From the IMG/VR virus record IMGVR_UViG_3300025141_000047, positions 1 through 64,000 of that record: a stretch of 64,000 nt of DNA. One strand, written 5' to 3'. The notes beneath the pieces were generated by a model that did no database searches, had not been told where the DNA came from, and worked only from the letters and a program-made list of their open reading frames with translations. How positions within the stretch are numbered: position 1 is the first letter of the stretch; every line of letters starts with the position of its first letter. Source of the DNA: a virus. Below, one piece after another: positions 47,607 to 57,004 of this stretch. Made by a program: the position numbers and the translations under genes.

Positions 47607-48128
47607 CTATTCAGTAAGGATAATGATTCTAACAACGGATGGAGGGGCTAATACACCTGGATGGGCGCAAGCCAAATTTATTCTAACTTGACCACAAACA
47701 AGACCATTCCAAGCAGCAGGTTCAGTGATTGCACCAGCCCCCGATTCGGAGGCAGATGTGGTCGAAACTGAAAAATGAAGTGAGTTCTGTGCATTGGCCG
47801 TTCCTTGATTTGATCCTTGCGTGACTTCGTGCATAGAAACCATATTTGCCCCAGAACCAGTAAAGTTCAATTTACTGATTTTATCAAAATAGGGGAGTTC
47901 AGCACCGCTACCGTCTTCAATATCCATGAACCATTCCATCTCACCAAGATTAGAAGACGATCCAAGAGTAGTCGCATCCGTAGCATCAACAATAACTTTT
48001 GACACCTTTCCATTTATTTTAACCTGAACAGAAGGAGTTCCGCCGTCAATTACAACAACATGACGATTTACACGGCAACGGCTGAGGTAGTTCTCGCCAT
48101 CGGTGAAGGTTTGTCTGTTATTTGTCAT
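47607..48128 (-). CDS. putative minor virion protein
   Basis: Head-gene cluster. Confidence 0.55.
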   Translation of the reverse strand: MTNNRQTFTDGENYLSRCRVNRHVVVIDGGTPSVQVKINGKVSKVIVDATDATTLGSSSNLGEMEWFMDIEDGSGAELPYFDKISKLNFTGSGANMVSMHEVTQGSNQGTANAQNSLHFSVSTTSASESGAGAITEPAAWNGLVCGQVRINLACAHPGVLAPPSVVRIIILTE

Positions 48129-48141
48129 GACACACACCTAT

Positions 48142-48525
48142 TTATACTGATAAAAGTTCAATCAATTCAGCCTTCTTAGAGGTGTTTTTAACAGCGATTC
48201 CACGTTCTTTGCATAGAGCCATCAATTTTGCTCTTGTCATAGATGAATAATCAATAGTTTCCTCAGTTGCCTCTTCGACCTGTTCTTCAACGATCTCTTC
48301 AACCGTAGGCTCAATTGTAGCCTTCATTGCTTCTGTCTTTTCATCTGGAGCATCGTCAATGATTTTCCACATTGTTGCACCATTAGCGATGCCTGGTTTG
48401 ATCATCTCATCAACAAACTGTGTTGGGAGTTCTCGAATCATTCCACGTGAAAATCCAGTTCTAACGCCATTCAATGCAAATTCGGTATATGCACGTGCGC
48501 CCACATATTGGACTTTAATTCCCAT
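48142..48525 (-). CDS. protein with C-terminal HeH/Rho-N/SAP-like domain
   Basis: YSSMTRAKLMALCKERGI...KKAELIELL. Confidence 0.7.
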   Translation of the reverse strand: MGIKVQYVGARAYTEFALNGVRTGFSRGMIRELPTQFVDEMIKPGIANGATMWKIIDDAPDEKTEAMKATIEPTVEEIVEEQVEEATEETIDYSSMTRAKLMALCKERGIAVKNTSKKAELIELLSV

Positions 48526-48535
48526 GAGGAACACC

Positions 48536-48943
48536 TCAACGGTAAAGGAAAGTCACTCGGTATTTATCTGCGGCAAGACTGTTTGCATCAGCAGCGAACT
48601 TGATGAGGGTTGATGTGTGATCGCCCTCAGCCATTCGACCTGCGGCAGTTGTAAAGTTGTAGTGTCCCAGAACGCCAATCAATTCAGTTCCAGCAACACA
48701 GTTGGTTGCGAGAGCCAAGTCGTAAGTCGTAGCGGTGTTTGCGCTTGTTGCAGTAAGTTCAACAATCGCCAGATGAACAGTTCCATTTGCCGCATTTGAA
48801 CCAATTGGGCTTTGTAGCCAATCAGTATCGCCAGCGTCAATCAGTGTTCCAGCGTTGTTCACTTTGGTTAATCCTCCGACTCCACTCCAAAGAGGGGTGT
48901 TCAAGATTACAGTTCCATTTCCAGTTATGTTTGCGTTTGCCAT
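48536..48943 (-). CDS. putative capsid decoration/cement protein
   Basis: Directly downstream of MCP; own RBS GGAGATGA; Ala/Thr/Gly-rich. Confidence 0.5.
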   Translation of the reverse strand: MANANITGNGTVILNTPLWSGVGGLTKVNNAGTLIDAGDTDWLQSPIGSNAANGTVHLAIVELTATSANTATTYDLALATNCVAGTELIGVLGHYNFTTAAGRMAEGDHTSTLIKFAADANSLAADKYRVTFLYR

Positions 48944-48974
48944 GTTATCATCTCCATTGTTTGTTTTTTGAATA

Positions 48975-50123
48975 TCAGGCGGATAGGTCACGGATCTTGC
49001 CGTGTGCGCCATAAAAGAGTTGCCAAAGTTCACCCATTGTGTGGAAGAGTCCGACTTGACCAAGACGGTTGATACCGAATGGATCGCCAGTCTCGATTCC
49101 GCTTTCGTGGTAAAGAGTTGGTTTTGCTGTGCAGAAATACATATAGTCTGTATCAAGCATATAGATGCGAGATAGGCCACCAGTTGGTGCATGAACGTCT
49201 TTTGCAGGGATGATAGGAACGCCGTTGTAGGTTGCGACTACAAAGCCACCTTCCATACCAGGGATTCCTTGAACACCGTTCACGGAGGGGGTGACTCTCT
49301 TCATCTCAGTAAATCGTTGCTGAGGCTGCAAGAGTTGTTGAATTTTCTCGATGGTATCATACCCTGTGAGCATGACCTTTGGCTGACCTCCACGTTCCCA
49401 GACACTTCGGAACATTCCATCAAGAATGTTCAAGGTCAAAGGTCGTTCAGCACCAGCAGTTCCCATATCCACGTTTGCATCGAACCAGTCGTTTGCGCCA
49501 GTGGAGTTGCGAGTAATTGAATACATATTGTGGTCTGTCAAAGCCGAAATATCGCCAAAGGAAGCAGGTTCACTGAAAGACGATGATGTAGCACGATCAA
49601 TGGATTCAAAGTTGTTTCCAGCGACAGTATCAACATCTCGAAGAAGCATCTTGTTGATTGATTCAGCGTGGGATTTTGACATCTCCATCTTGATAACTGC
49701 TCTTGCATCGCCCAGTCCATCATCCTTGTCTGCAAGGAACATGGCGGTTTCGCTGAGGTCAAACTTGGAAGCCACAGTCTTTGGCTTGGTGCTGACTTCT
49801 GCAAATGTTGGCTTGGTGGAATCAGGTAGCGCACCGTTCTCAGGAAGACCTACTGCATCAGTTGGCTTTCCAGTCACGACACGCCATCCAGACTTCTCCC
49901 AGGGTTTCTTAGGAAGAATTGAGAATGCGTTGAACTCTTGGTTCAATTGCGACCAGACTTTGCGGCCAAATATCGCTTGGTAAGTTCCAGCAGTTGAGGA
50001 CATCAACGGTGAATCAGCCTTGAGTAAGTCTGTTCCGCTATATGCCCATGCGTTTGTTCCAGCACCCGCACCGTAGTAAAGGCGTTCCATGTCTTCGATT
50101 GTTCGGATATATCCTTGCGTCAT
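48975..50123 (-). CDS. major capsid protein (HK97 fold)
   Basis: Follows protease/scaffold; VATYNGVPII, RIYMLDT; size; N-terminal LLKADSP possible maturation site. Confidence 0.85.
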   Translation of the reverse strand: MTQGYIRTIEDMERLYYGAGAGTNAWAYSGTDLLKADSPLMSSTAGTYQAIFGRKVWSQLNQEFNAFSILPKKPWEKSGWRVVTGKPTDAVGLPENGALPDSTKPTFAEVSTKPKTVASKFDLSETAMFLADKDDGLGDARAVIKMEMSKSHAESINKMLLRDVDTVAGNNFESIDRATSSSFSEPASFGDISALTDHNMYSITRNSTGANDWFDANVDMGTAGAERPLTLNILDGMFRSVWERGGQPKVMLTGYDTIEKIQQLLQPQQRFTEMKRVTPSVNGVQGIPGMEGGFVVATYNGVPIIPAKDVHAPTGGLSRIYMLDTDYMYFCTAKPTLYHESGIETGDPFGINRLGQVGLFHTMGELWQLFYGAHGKIRDLSA

Positions 50124-50152
50124 CTTTTTCATCTCCATTTATTTTTTGATTT

Positions 50153-51481
50153 TCACTCGCCTCGCAAAGCACGTTGAGCGAGCATTTCTGCTGCTCGCCA
50201 GCCATCAAGGTCTGTTCCCATTGCATTGAACTCATCATGAGTCGGCACACGGATGGAAGTTGTAGGTTGGGTTGGTGAAACATCGCTCTTTTGTAGCGAT
50301 GCGTTCTCGGACTTGAGCATTGCGATCTCTTCACGGAGGGAGTTGAGTTGAACTCCAACATCGTTTGCCTTTCGCATCTCAATAGCCTGAGTTGTTTCAG
50401 CGTTGTATCGCTCTTGCCATTCTTTCTCAACAAGACCCTTTACTGCTTCTTCATCACGGAGAGCAGCGTAGGTTCGATAGCCCTTTTCCAATGTTTCAGG
50501 AGTCAAGGACTTGATAACGTTTCCATTGCCTTTTGGTGCGTTCATTTTCATTGATGGCGCACGTGGGGCTTTGATGACATTTTGATTGCCGCTTGGGGAT
50601 GGGAGAGAAGGATAGGATGGCTCGGATGCACCTTCGCCAGAACCTACTTCATCGCCTTGTCCTCGATGGGAATATCCGCCACGACCTTGTTCAAGAAGGT
50701 ATGCCTTCTCTAAGCCGAAGTGACCACGAACTGCATTCAAATCAACGCCAGATTCATGAGCGAACTTTTCAAGTGTGGTGATATAGTCAAGAGCCGCTTC
50801 ATCCGCATGGGATTTCTGGGTGTCTTGGTATTCATCGCTCTTTTCTTCCTTTTCTTCGGATTTTTCGCTCAGTTCTTTGAGGACTGAGTTCAGTCCAGCC
50901 TTTATTTCATTCAGGGTTTCAGTATTGCTCATATTATCATCTTCCATTTTTAGTATTGTGTAGGTTGATTCTGGGTTTATTCCTTTCTTGCATAGCGTGA
51001 TTTCATGCAATTCAAGATCGGTAATCTCTCTATGGTTTCCAAGTTCTGGTGTGGTTTTACTCACACGGAATAGGGCTTGACCGCCAATCGAGAATGCTCG
51101 CAAGTCACCGTTGCGAATTTGCTTTTGCACTTCACGTGCTTTTTGAATGTCGCTGCGGATTTTGCAGACGACGAAGAGGCCGTGATCATCAACTTCGGAT
51201 TTCCAAACACGGCCTTCTGCATCGGTGTGGTCGCCAACGACTTCACCAACTTGGATTCCTGAATGTGCTAACTGAACATTGCGGAATGCTTTGTTATCCA
51301 TGAATTGACCGAATGCTTTCTTTAGAGCAGCAGTTGGGATTCTATCTCCCTGCTTATCGACCATATCAACAGATGCGTAGCCAGCAACAAAGAGTTCGCC
51401 TTGACTACCTGATGACTTCAACAAAAAATCCGATCCTTCCGCATTCCATGATGCGGTGTGGAGTTCGAGACTGGTCGCCAT
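50153..51481 (-). CDS. prohead protease fused to scaffold
   Basis: GYASVDMVDKQGD, LAHS, FSIGG, HEITL; coiled-coil C-terminus with many KS/KA sites. Confidence 0.88.
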   Translation of the reverse strand: MATSLELHTASWNAEGSDFLLKSSGSQGELFVAGYASVDMVDKQGDRIPTAALKKAFGQFMDNKAFRNVQLAHSGIQVGEVVGDHTDAEGRVWKSEVDDHGLFVVCKIRSDIQKAREVQKQIRNGDLRAFSIGGQALFRVSKTTPELGNHREITDLELHEITLCKKGINPESTYTILKMEDDNMSNTETLNEIKAGLNSVLKELSEKSEEKEEKSDEYQDTQKSHADEAALDYITTLEKFAHESGVDLNAVRGHFGLEKAYLLEQGRGGYSHRGQGDEVGSGEGASEPSYPSLPSPSGNQNVIKAPRAPSMKMNAPKGNGNVIKSLTPETLEKGYRTYAALRDEEAVKGLVEKEWQERYNAETTQAIEMRKANDVGVQLNSLREEIAMLKSENASLQKSDVSPTQPTTSIRVPTHDEFNAMGTDLDGWRAAEMLAQRALRGE

Positions 51482-51505
51482 TGATTCTAACGACTTTGTG
51501 TAATC

Positions 51506-51516
51506 CTATATGAAGG
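51506..51516 (-). promoter_or_regulatory. putative TATA-box promoter (CCTTCATATAG)
   Basis: About 33 nt upstream of leaderless ATG 51481; same TTCATATA as at 16601. Confidence 0.45.
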
Positions 51517-51523
51517 GATATGT

Positions 51524-54500
51524 TCAAATCTCTTCTGCTTCCGACCTATCATCAGGTTCGGCTTCTTGCTCATCAGCCATTTCCTGTTGCGTTTTTAGGG
51601 GCATTCTTAGAGTTGCAGTTCCATTTTGAACATCTATTACTGCTTGTTCCCCTGTTGCGGAGTCTTTAACCTGCAAATGTTTCATTGGAATCTCTTCAAC
51701 TTCTTCGGATTCTTTGGGATCGTAAAATGTAGTCCCGCTATCCTCTATGAGTTCTGTTGGACCTCTTGGGGCGGTAATATCGGCTTGCATCCCCGCCCAT
51801 GCGCCACCATCTGGTGAAATACGATTCATTCTCGGAAACATATTTTCGATAATATCATCATCTATTGCTTCATTAACAGTCCATTTTTTCCCATCATCTG
51901 TCCTTTCAAGGCCATATTCTCCTGAAAACATCTCAAGCATTTTCTCATTGAGTCCTTTGACATTATCCAACAAGTATTCTGTTGTTTTTGCCGTATCATC
52001 CTCAGTTATTGTCTTACGTGCCTGTTGCATAGTGTGTGCTACATTATCGCCTTCTTCATTTTCACCAATGATTGATGGCGCACGTAGCAAGGTCTTTTTT
52101 ACAATACTCAATTTTCGAGGTCGCTTTCTTTTCAGGGTTGAATGAAGTGGCTGATGAGTTCCACCATCACTTGAAGTGACTGTCCCACCTGCCGCAGCAC
52201 CGCCTCCCCCTGCCGCAGCACCTTCTTTCAATAAATCAACTGCGACTGGACCCCATAATGGAATGTCATTTTGTGCTTTTGTGAACATGGCTTCGTTTCC
52301 TTCAAATGTTGAGATGGTGAAGCCCTTTCCATCAAATTCACCCTTTACAATTACAGGATCATAAATTGAAGGATATACCAATTTTATTTGATTGGGATAG
52401 ACAATGAGTTCAGGCATTGGAGGATAGAATGCTTTAGCGATGGAATCCTTTGCGTATCTAATCCACTTTGGGTGGACTTCTTTTTCTTTCATGAATGTTG
52501 AACGTGAATCTCGAATTAACAATTCATCATCGTCAAAATTATGTATCGCTTTTCCTAAACCTTCTTGATCGGTTGATACGCAATTAGTGGGCATTGGAAA
52601 ATGCACATTTTCTGTTGAATCATAAAGTGTCCTTAACGCATTGATACGATCTTCAAGGGGTTCAAGGTGCATATCTGTTCCTTTGTGAACCAACAAATCA
52701 ACTACTTTGAGGGTCTTTCCATCCAAATATCCATCAAAAGTAAAATCCCCTTTTATTTCACGCAATTGCTTCTTTATTGAACTGGGCAATTTATCTGTTT
52801 TCAAATGATTACCTTTTCTTTCAATGAACATTCGCTCTCCTTGCGGCATTTTTTGAACTATCCAATCTCCTGAGAATCCACGCAACTTATCCATGTCATC
52901 TAATTTGTGAATCGTGTATGCTGGAATGATTTTGGTTGTAAAAACGCCAGTTGGTTCATAGTCCTCCGCTTTGAGAATGCTTCCTGTTGCGATAGGCGAA
53001 AGTCCTCTATGGTCTAAAGCCGATAAAGCATGAATATCTCTTTGCTTCGGCATAACATTTGACTCCAATAGTGAAGGCAATACTGCCTTTATTTTGTTTT
53101 CATGAACAGTTCTTTGCATAATGTTGAACGGTTCTTCGGCCATTCCAAAACTGATGCCCCCGCTTTGAGGATCATGTTTCCATGTAAGCGTTGCTGGCAT
53201 TTCATGACCCCAAAGGTGGGTGTTTCCAGTATTGTAAGTGGGAGGGGTTGTAGCAAATGATGTAGGATGAACGGGTCCAAGTTGTTTCAATTGCATTGCT
53301 ATTTTGTTTCCATTCATTGTTGGGGCTAAGGCTCGGTATTCTTCCCCCATATTCATTTTCTTCATAGCAAAATCAGCCGCACCTGCAAGTTGTTGTAGGT
53401 TTCCACGTGCGAGAGTTGCTTGTTCCATGTTTGTTGGATCGGAGGGATTAAGGATTTGAGGTCCAAGTTGTTTCATCACCCTTTGAGCCATATTGTTCAT
53501 CACTTTACCCATGTGCATATCATTTGCGGCGAATAAAGCGTTGTGATTATCCCAGTATGTAGGGTTTGATGAGGGGTGTTCTTCACGGAACATACCGATT
53601 CTTGGTGAACCCATATCTGCTTGACCAGATAAAGAACGCCCTAAACGACTCATCATCATTTGGTCGGATGGGACAATCATTCGGCCTCCTTGACCTTGAA
53701 CTTCACTGGGATGCAAAAAATGAAGGTTTGAAGCATGACTCCAATTCGCCCTCCGCTTCTCGAAAAAGTCGGCATCGTTGAAATTTGATGTTAAAGAGGC
53801 GTGTGATGGATTATTCTTTGCATCAGGATGGTTGGAGATGTGAGGAAAGTGGCTTCCCCCATCGGATTCATAGGTGTCAAGCATACTGTTTGAAACGCCC
53901 ATTAAAGCCTCATCAAGCCAACCGCCGCCGAAAACTTTTGGGTATGTTTGACTCATTATGTCATGCAATGAATTTGAATCACGCCCCACGCCTCCCCAGG
54001 GCTGAAATATGTCCCACCAATGATGGGTATGCGATGGTTCAACGCCATTCGCCATCTCAACAAAAGGACTGACAAAGTGCAAATCAGCACTTGCTTCATC
54101 ACTTTTCATAAACTCGGCGTTTGGCATCATTTGAGGAATTGGTTCTTTTGCAGGGCAAACTGGACCATGACGATCACTTGCCCTGCGCCACCATTGAAGG
54201 AGAGGAATATATCTCGCTCGAAATGAGCGTAATGCCCGACCCCATGAAATCCCCGCCTTTTCGCTCATTTTGTTTTTCAACACTTTAGCATCAGGTGAGT
54301 TCATGTCTTTTTTTGTAGCCATCTGTTGCATCAGCCCCAAAAACTGTTCTCGTTGATCCTCAGTGTTATATTCCAAACCAAACAGATAAGGCAACAAACC
54401 CAATCGCTTTTGCCATTCATTGATTTTCCCATCACGGTATTCGTCATCGGAATATGTGCTGTATCTATTCCGATCACGTGTCATCAAATCATGCAACGTT

Positions 54501-54979
54501 TCTTTTGGCTGACCATATCGGGCAATATCAAAATTAAGACGGCTTTCATGTTCAGCAATTGCTTTGAGATGAGGCATGGCGTGAGCCAAATGTTCAGCGT
54601 ATGCAGGGTCGCCCCATGCTGCGCCATGAAGCAACGGGCAACTGTTTGATTTCATGCCGAATGGTTGATGTTCGCCAAACTGATTTTCTGGCGATGCAAT
54701 AGGCCAGTCTGTTAATGGATTGTTTGAAACCTTTGTATGCCCCGCTACAAAATCAGCATGAGTAGGTATTTTCATTTGAGATACCGCCATTGGTGCGGAT
54801 AAATCGGTCATTCTAAACTCAGGCAATTCAGGTGTCATGCCTCCAAGCATGGTTGCCGTGTCTTGAGGCGTTTCTTGACCGTCTGGGATTTGACCTGCAT
54901 AATGCTTAAAATCAAATGCTGATGCTTTGTGAATTGAAAGGATTGCATCTGTTCGCAGCCTATCTAATTCAAGCGTCAT
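51524..54979 (-). CDS. large head-associated protein containing an ATP-dependent ligase-like nucleotidyltransferase domain
   Basis: QKMPQGER, FTFDGY, VVDLL, PLEDR, ELLIRD, KWIRY; between portal and protease. Confidence 0.65.
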   Translation of the reverse strand: MTLELDRLRTDAILSIHKASAFDFKHYAGQIPDGQETPQDTATMLGGMTPELPEFRMTDLSAPMAVSQMKIPTHADFVAGHTKVSNNPLTDWPIASPENQFGEHQPFGMKSNSCPLLHGAAWGDPAYAEHLAHAMPHLKAIAEHESRLNFDIARYGQPKETLHDLMTRDRNRYSTYSDDEYRDGKINEWQKRLGLLPYLFGLEYNTEDQREQFLGLMQQMATKKDMNSPDAKVLKNKMSEKAGISWGRALRSFRARYIPLLQWWRRASDRHGPVCPAKEPIPQMMPNAEFMKSDEASADLHFVSPFVEMANGVEPSHTHHWWDIFQPWGGVGRDSNSLHDIMSQTYPKVFGGGWLDEALMGVSNSMLDTYESDGGSHFPHISNHPDAKNNPSHASLTSNFNDADFFEKRRANWSHASNLHFLHPSEVQGQGGRMIVPSDQMMMSRLGRSLSGQADMGSPRIGMFREEHPSSNPTYWDNHNALFAANDMHMGKVMNNMAQRVMKQLGPQILNPSDPTNMEQATLARGNLQQLAGAADFAMKKMNMGEEYRALAPTMNGNKIAMQLKQLGPVHPTSFATTPPTYNTGNTHLWGHEMPATLTWKHDPQSGGISFGMAEEPFNIMQRTVHENKIKAVLPSLLESNVMPKQRDIHALSALDHRGLSPIATGSILKAEDYEPTGVFTTKIIPAYTIHKLDDMDKLRGFSGDWIVQKMPQGERMFIERKGNHLKTDKLPSSIKKQLREIKGDFTFDGYLDGKTLKVVDLLVHKGTDMHLEPLEDRINALRTLYDSTENVHFPMPTNCVSTDQEGLGKAIHNFDDDELLIRDSRSTFMKEKEVHPKWIRYAKDSIAKAFYPPMPELIVYPNQIKLVYPSIYDPVIVKGEFDGKGFTISTFEGNEAMFTKAQNDIPLWGPVAVDLLKEGAAAGGGGAAAGGTVTSSDGGTHQPLHSTLKRKRPRKLSIVKKTLLRAPSIIGENEEGDNVAHTMQQARKTITEDDTAKTTEYLLDNVKGLNEKMLEMFSGEYGLERTDDGKKWTVNEAIDDDIIENMFPRMNRISPDGGAWAGMQADITAPRGPTELIEDSGTTFYDPKESEEVEEIPMKHLQVKDSATGEQAVIDVQNGTATLRMPLKTQQEMADEQEAEPDDRSEAEEI

Positions 54980-55881
54980 TCGAAATCATCACCAGGCCAG
55001 CATCGGTCACAACGATTGACTGTTCCACCCCTGGCTGAATGAGTTGATGGCCTACCGCAATCGCCACATGATTTTGGTTTTTCTTCTTTAGCGAGGTGGT
55101 CTTTGACCTGTTTCAACAATCCCTCAATCTCACCGATCATTCCGAGATTGTTTCGCCCTGCGTGTTTTGTTAAAGAGGCGAGGCGTTGCTCGATAGTGTC
55201 AATGTTTGGCGGATTCTTACGTGTGCCGCCAGCATCGTTGTAGTGCATATGTAGGCTACTGCTTTTTGCAGTATATCCTTTTTGAGCATACGCAGGGATT
55301 TTAGCGGTTTCACTGATAGTGGATTTTTTAGGTCCATCGTTTGTTGCAGGGTATGTGCCGTTAGTTGTAAATCCGTGTGCATTAACAGGCATCCCGCCAT
55401 CAACGTTTTGGAATTGAGGGAATAGGTTCTCAACACTTGATTCTTGACTGTATTTTTTGAGTTCTTTGGATTTAGGATAGCACGTTTCGCAAGACCCGCC
55501 TTCATCATCTTCCATGCACATTGAATTACAAGTGGTGTTTTTGACTACAATGCCCATCTCTTGAAGAATCTCGGTGGTCTTATCCATTTTAAGAGGCGCA
55601 CATTCGGGGTCGTCAGCACAAGCCGAACAGCCGCCATCTTCGTCAAGAGCAATTTCGTGAAGGCCACAAACATATTTTTCACCATCAAATTGACGCTTTG
55701 ATATTTTATTCTTGTTGCCTTTTGGTGTAGGCAATTCAGGTGCTTTTCTTTGACCACGATCTGATTTGTATTGCTTAGAAGTTGTTTTCTTTTCAACAAT
55801 ACTTTTCAATAAGTCTTGAACATCGGCCAAAAGAAGTCCTTCTGGGGTATCAGTCATTGGATTAAACCATTGTGCGCTCAT
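54976..55881 (-). CDS. head-region protein with Cys clusters
   Basis: DLLKS; several CxxC pairs. Confidence 0.65.
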   Translation of the reverse strand: MSAQWFNPMTDTPEGLLLADVQDLLKSIVEKKTTSKQYKSDRGQRKAPELPTPKGNKNKISKRQFDGEKYVCGLHEIALDEDGGCSACADDPECAPLKMDKTTEILQEMGIVVKNTTCNSMCMEDDEGGSCETCYPKSKELKKYSQESSVENLFPQFQNVDGGMPVNAHGFTTNGTYPATNDGPKKSTISETAKIPAYAQKGYTAKSSSLHMHYNDAGGTRKNPPNIDTIEQRLASLTKHAGRNNLGMIGEIEGLLKQVKDHLAKEEKPKSCGDCGRPSTHSARGGTVNRCDRCWPGDDFE

Positions 55882-56195
55882 GCTGTTCTCACCTGCTTTT
55901 CTGCTGCTTCCCAATCCTTGAGGACTTCATCTCTTGATTTTAAGAACAAATCACCGCTTCCTGAAAAGGGCGTATTATCCACTGGAACTTGTCGATTAAG
56001 AGGATCAAATGTTTCATCGGCGTGAGGGGTGGTGTATTTTTTCCATCCATGCTTTCTCATTAACAACTCAGGGTCACCCATTGCTTTTGCTAATGTGGTG
56101 TTTTCAGCCTCAAGTGCCTGGACTCTTTGATTAAGAACACGGACTTCGCCAATCAGTTCTTTGAGAATGTCAATTTGCTCTTGTTCATCGCTCAC
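55878..56195 (-). CDS. coiled-coil head-region protein
   Basis: Heptad N-terminus; LFLKS. Confidence 0.7.
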   Translation of the reverse strand: MSDEQEQIDILKELIGEVRVLNQRVQALEAENTTLAKAMGDPELLMRKHGWKKYTTPHADETFDPLNRQVPVDNTPFSGSGDLFLKSRDEVLKDWEAAEKQVRTA

Positions 56196-56632
56196 ATTCC
56201 CACCCCCATGCCGCCTTGAGGTGGCATTCCTTGTTGCGGAGGCATATTCATTGGAGGTTGTTGTTGCATTGCTGCGGCCATTGGATCGTTAGCCCCGCCG
56301 ACTGGTGCAAGTGGTTGCATTCCCGCAATTGAAGCGTGGGCTTCTCGAATCATTGAAATGTCTTGAGAGAGAGATAGGATTTTTTGGCGTAGTGCCTCCA
56401 TGTTTTTTTGTAGGGCAAGCGTAGGCTCGGATTCAACATTGGTTGCACGTGCTTGCGACATAATTTGGTTCATCTCATTACATTGAGAGGCAAGTGTTTG
56501 AATGCCGTCATCAATAGCGTTAATCAAAAGTGCCGCAGGTGCGGTTGAAACAGAAGTCACAGGGTCGTTTTTGTAAAGGTCATAGATGTGCGCTGATTGG
56601 CGACGATCCACCCATCCTTCCATTTTCCACAT
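56192..56632 (-). CDS. coiled-coil protein with Pro/Gln/Met tail
   Basis: Coupled ORF in the head operon. Confidence 0.7.
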   Translation of the reverse strand: MWKMEGWVDRRQSAHIYDLYKNDPVTSVSTAPAALLINAIDDGIQTLASQCNEMNQIMSQARATNVESEPTLALQKNMEALRQKILSLSQDISMIREAHASIAGMQPLAPVGGANDPMAAAMQQQPPMNMPPQQGMPPQGGMGVGM

Positions 56633-56635
56633 TGT

Positions 56636-56974
56636 TCAAACCACCCGATGAGGCGTGTAAAATCCTGTTGCTCGGCCATGACGACTTACGCCCTGAGCAA
56701 CCGCATTTTCAGTGCCGTTATAATCGGATGCCGTGTTATCAAATTGAGGGATGACTCCCATGAATACATCAGCAGGTTGATTTTTAGAAACTGATTTTTG
56801 AACTTGGTCGTGAAGTGCTAAATCGGACTTTAACATTGATAGTGCATTTTCAGCCGCCATAATCCCTGCGGAGATTGCGCTTGCATCATTTGAGGCAATT
56901 GCCTTTTGGATTCCTTCAACTGCGGCCAACGCCCTTCGAGCCATTGGGTCCATCTTCTCGATAATATCAAACAT
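56636..56974 (-). CDS. head-region protein
   Basis: GGTGA RBS; QKA, LKS, QKS sites. Confidence 0.7.
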   Translation of the reverse strand: MFDIIEKMDPMARRALAAVEGIQKAIASNDASAISAGIMAAENALSMLKSDLALHDQVQKSVSKNQPADVFMGVIPQFDNTASDYNGTENAVAQGVSRHGRATGFYTPHRVV

Positions 56975-57004
56975 CTTCGCTCACCCTTTCGCAGTATCTC
57001 CCAC

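Noticed and set aside
48536-49192. MCP C-terminal extension by +1 frameshift (downstream frame is open across the MCP 3' end)
   Set aside because: Downstream gene has its own RBS and ATG (48943). Only a weak TTT-T slip site and no compatible shifty stop. The open overlap can be chance.
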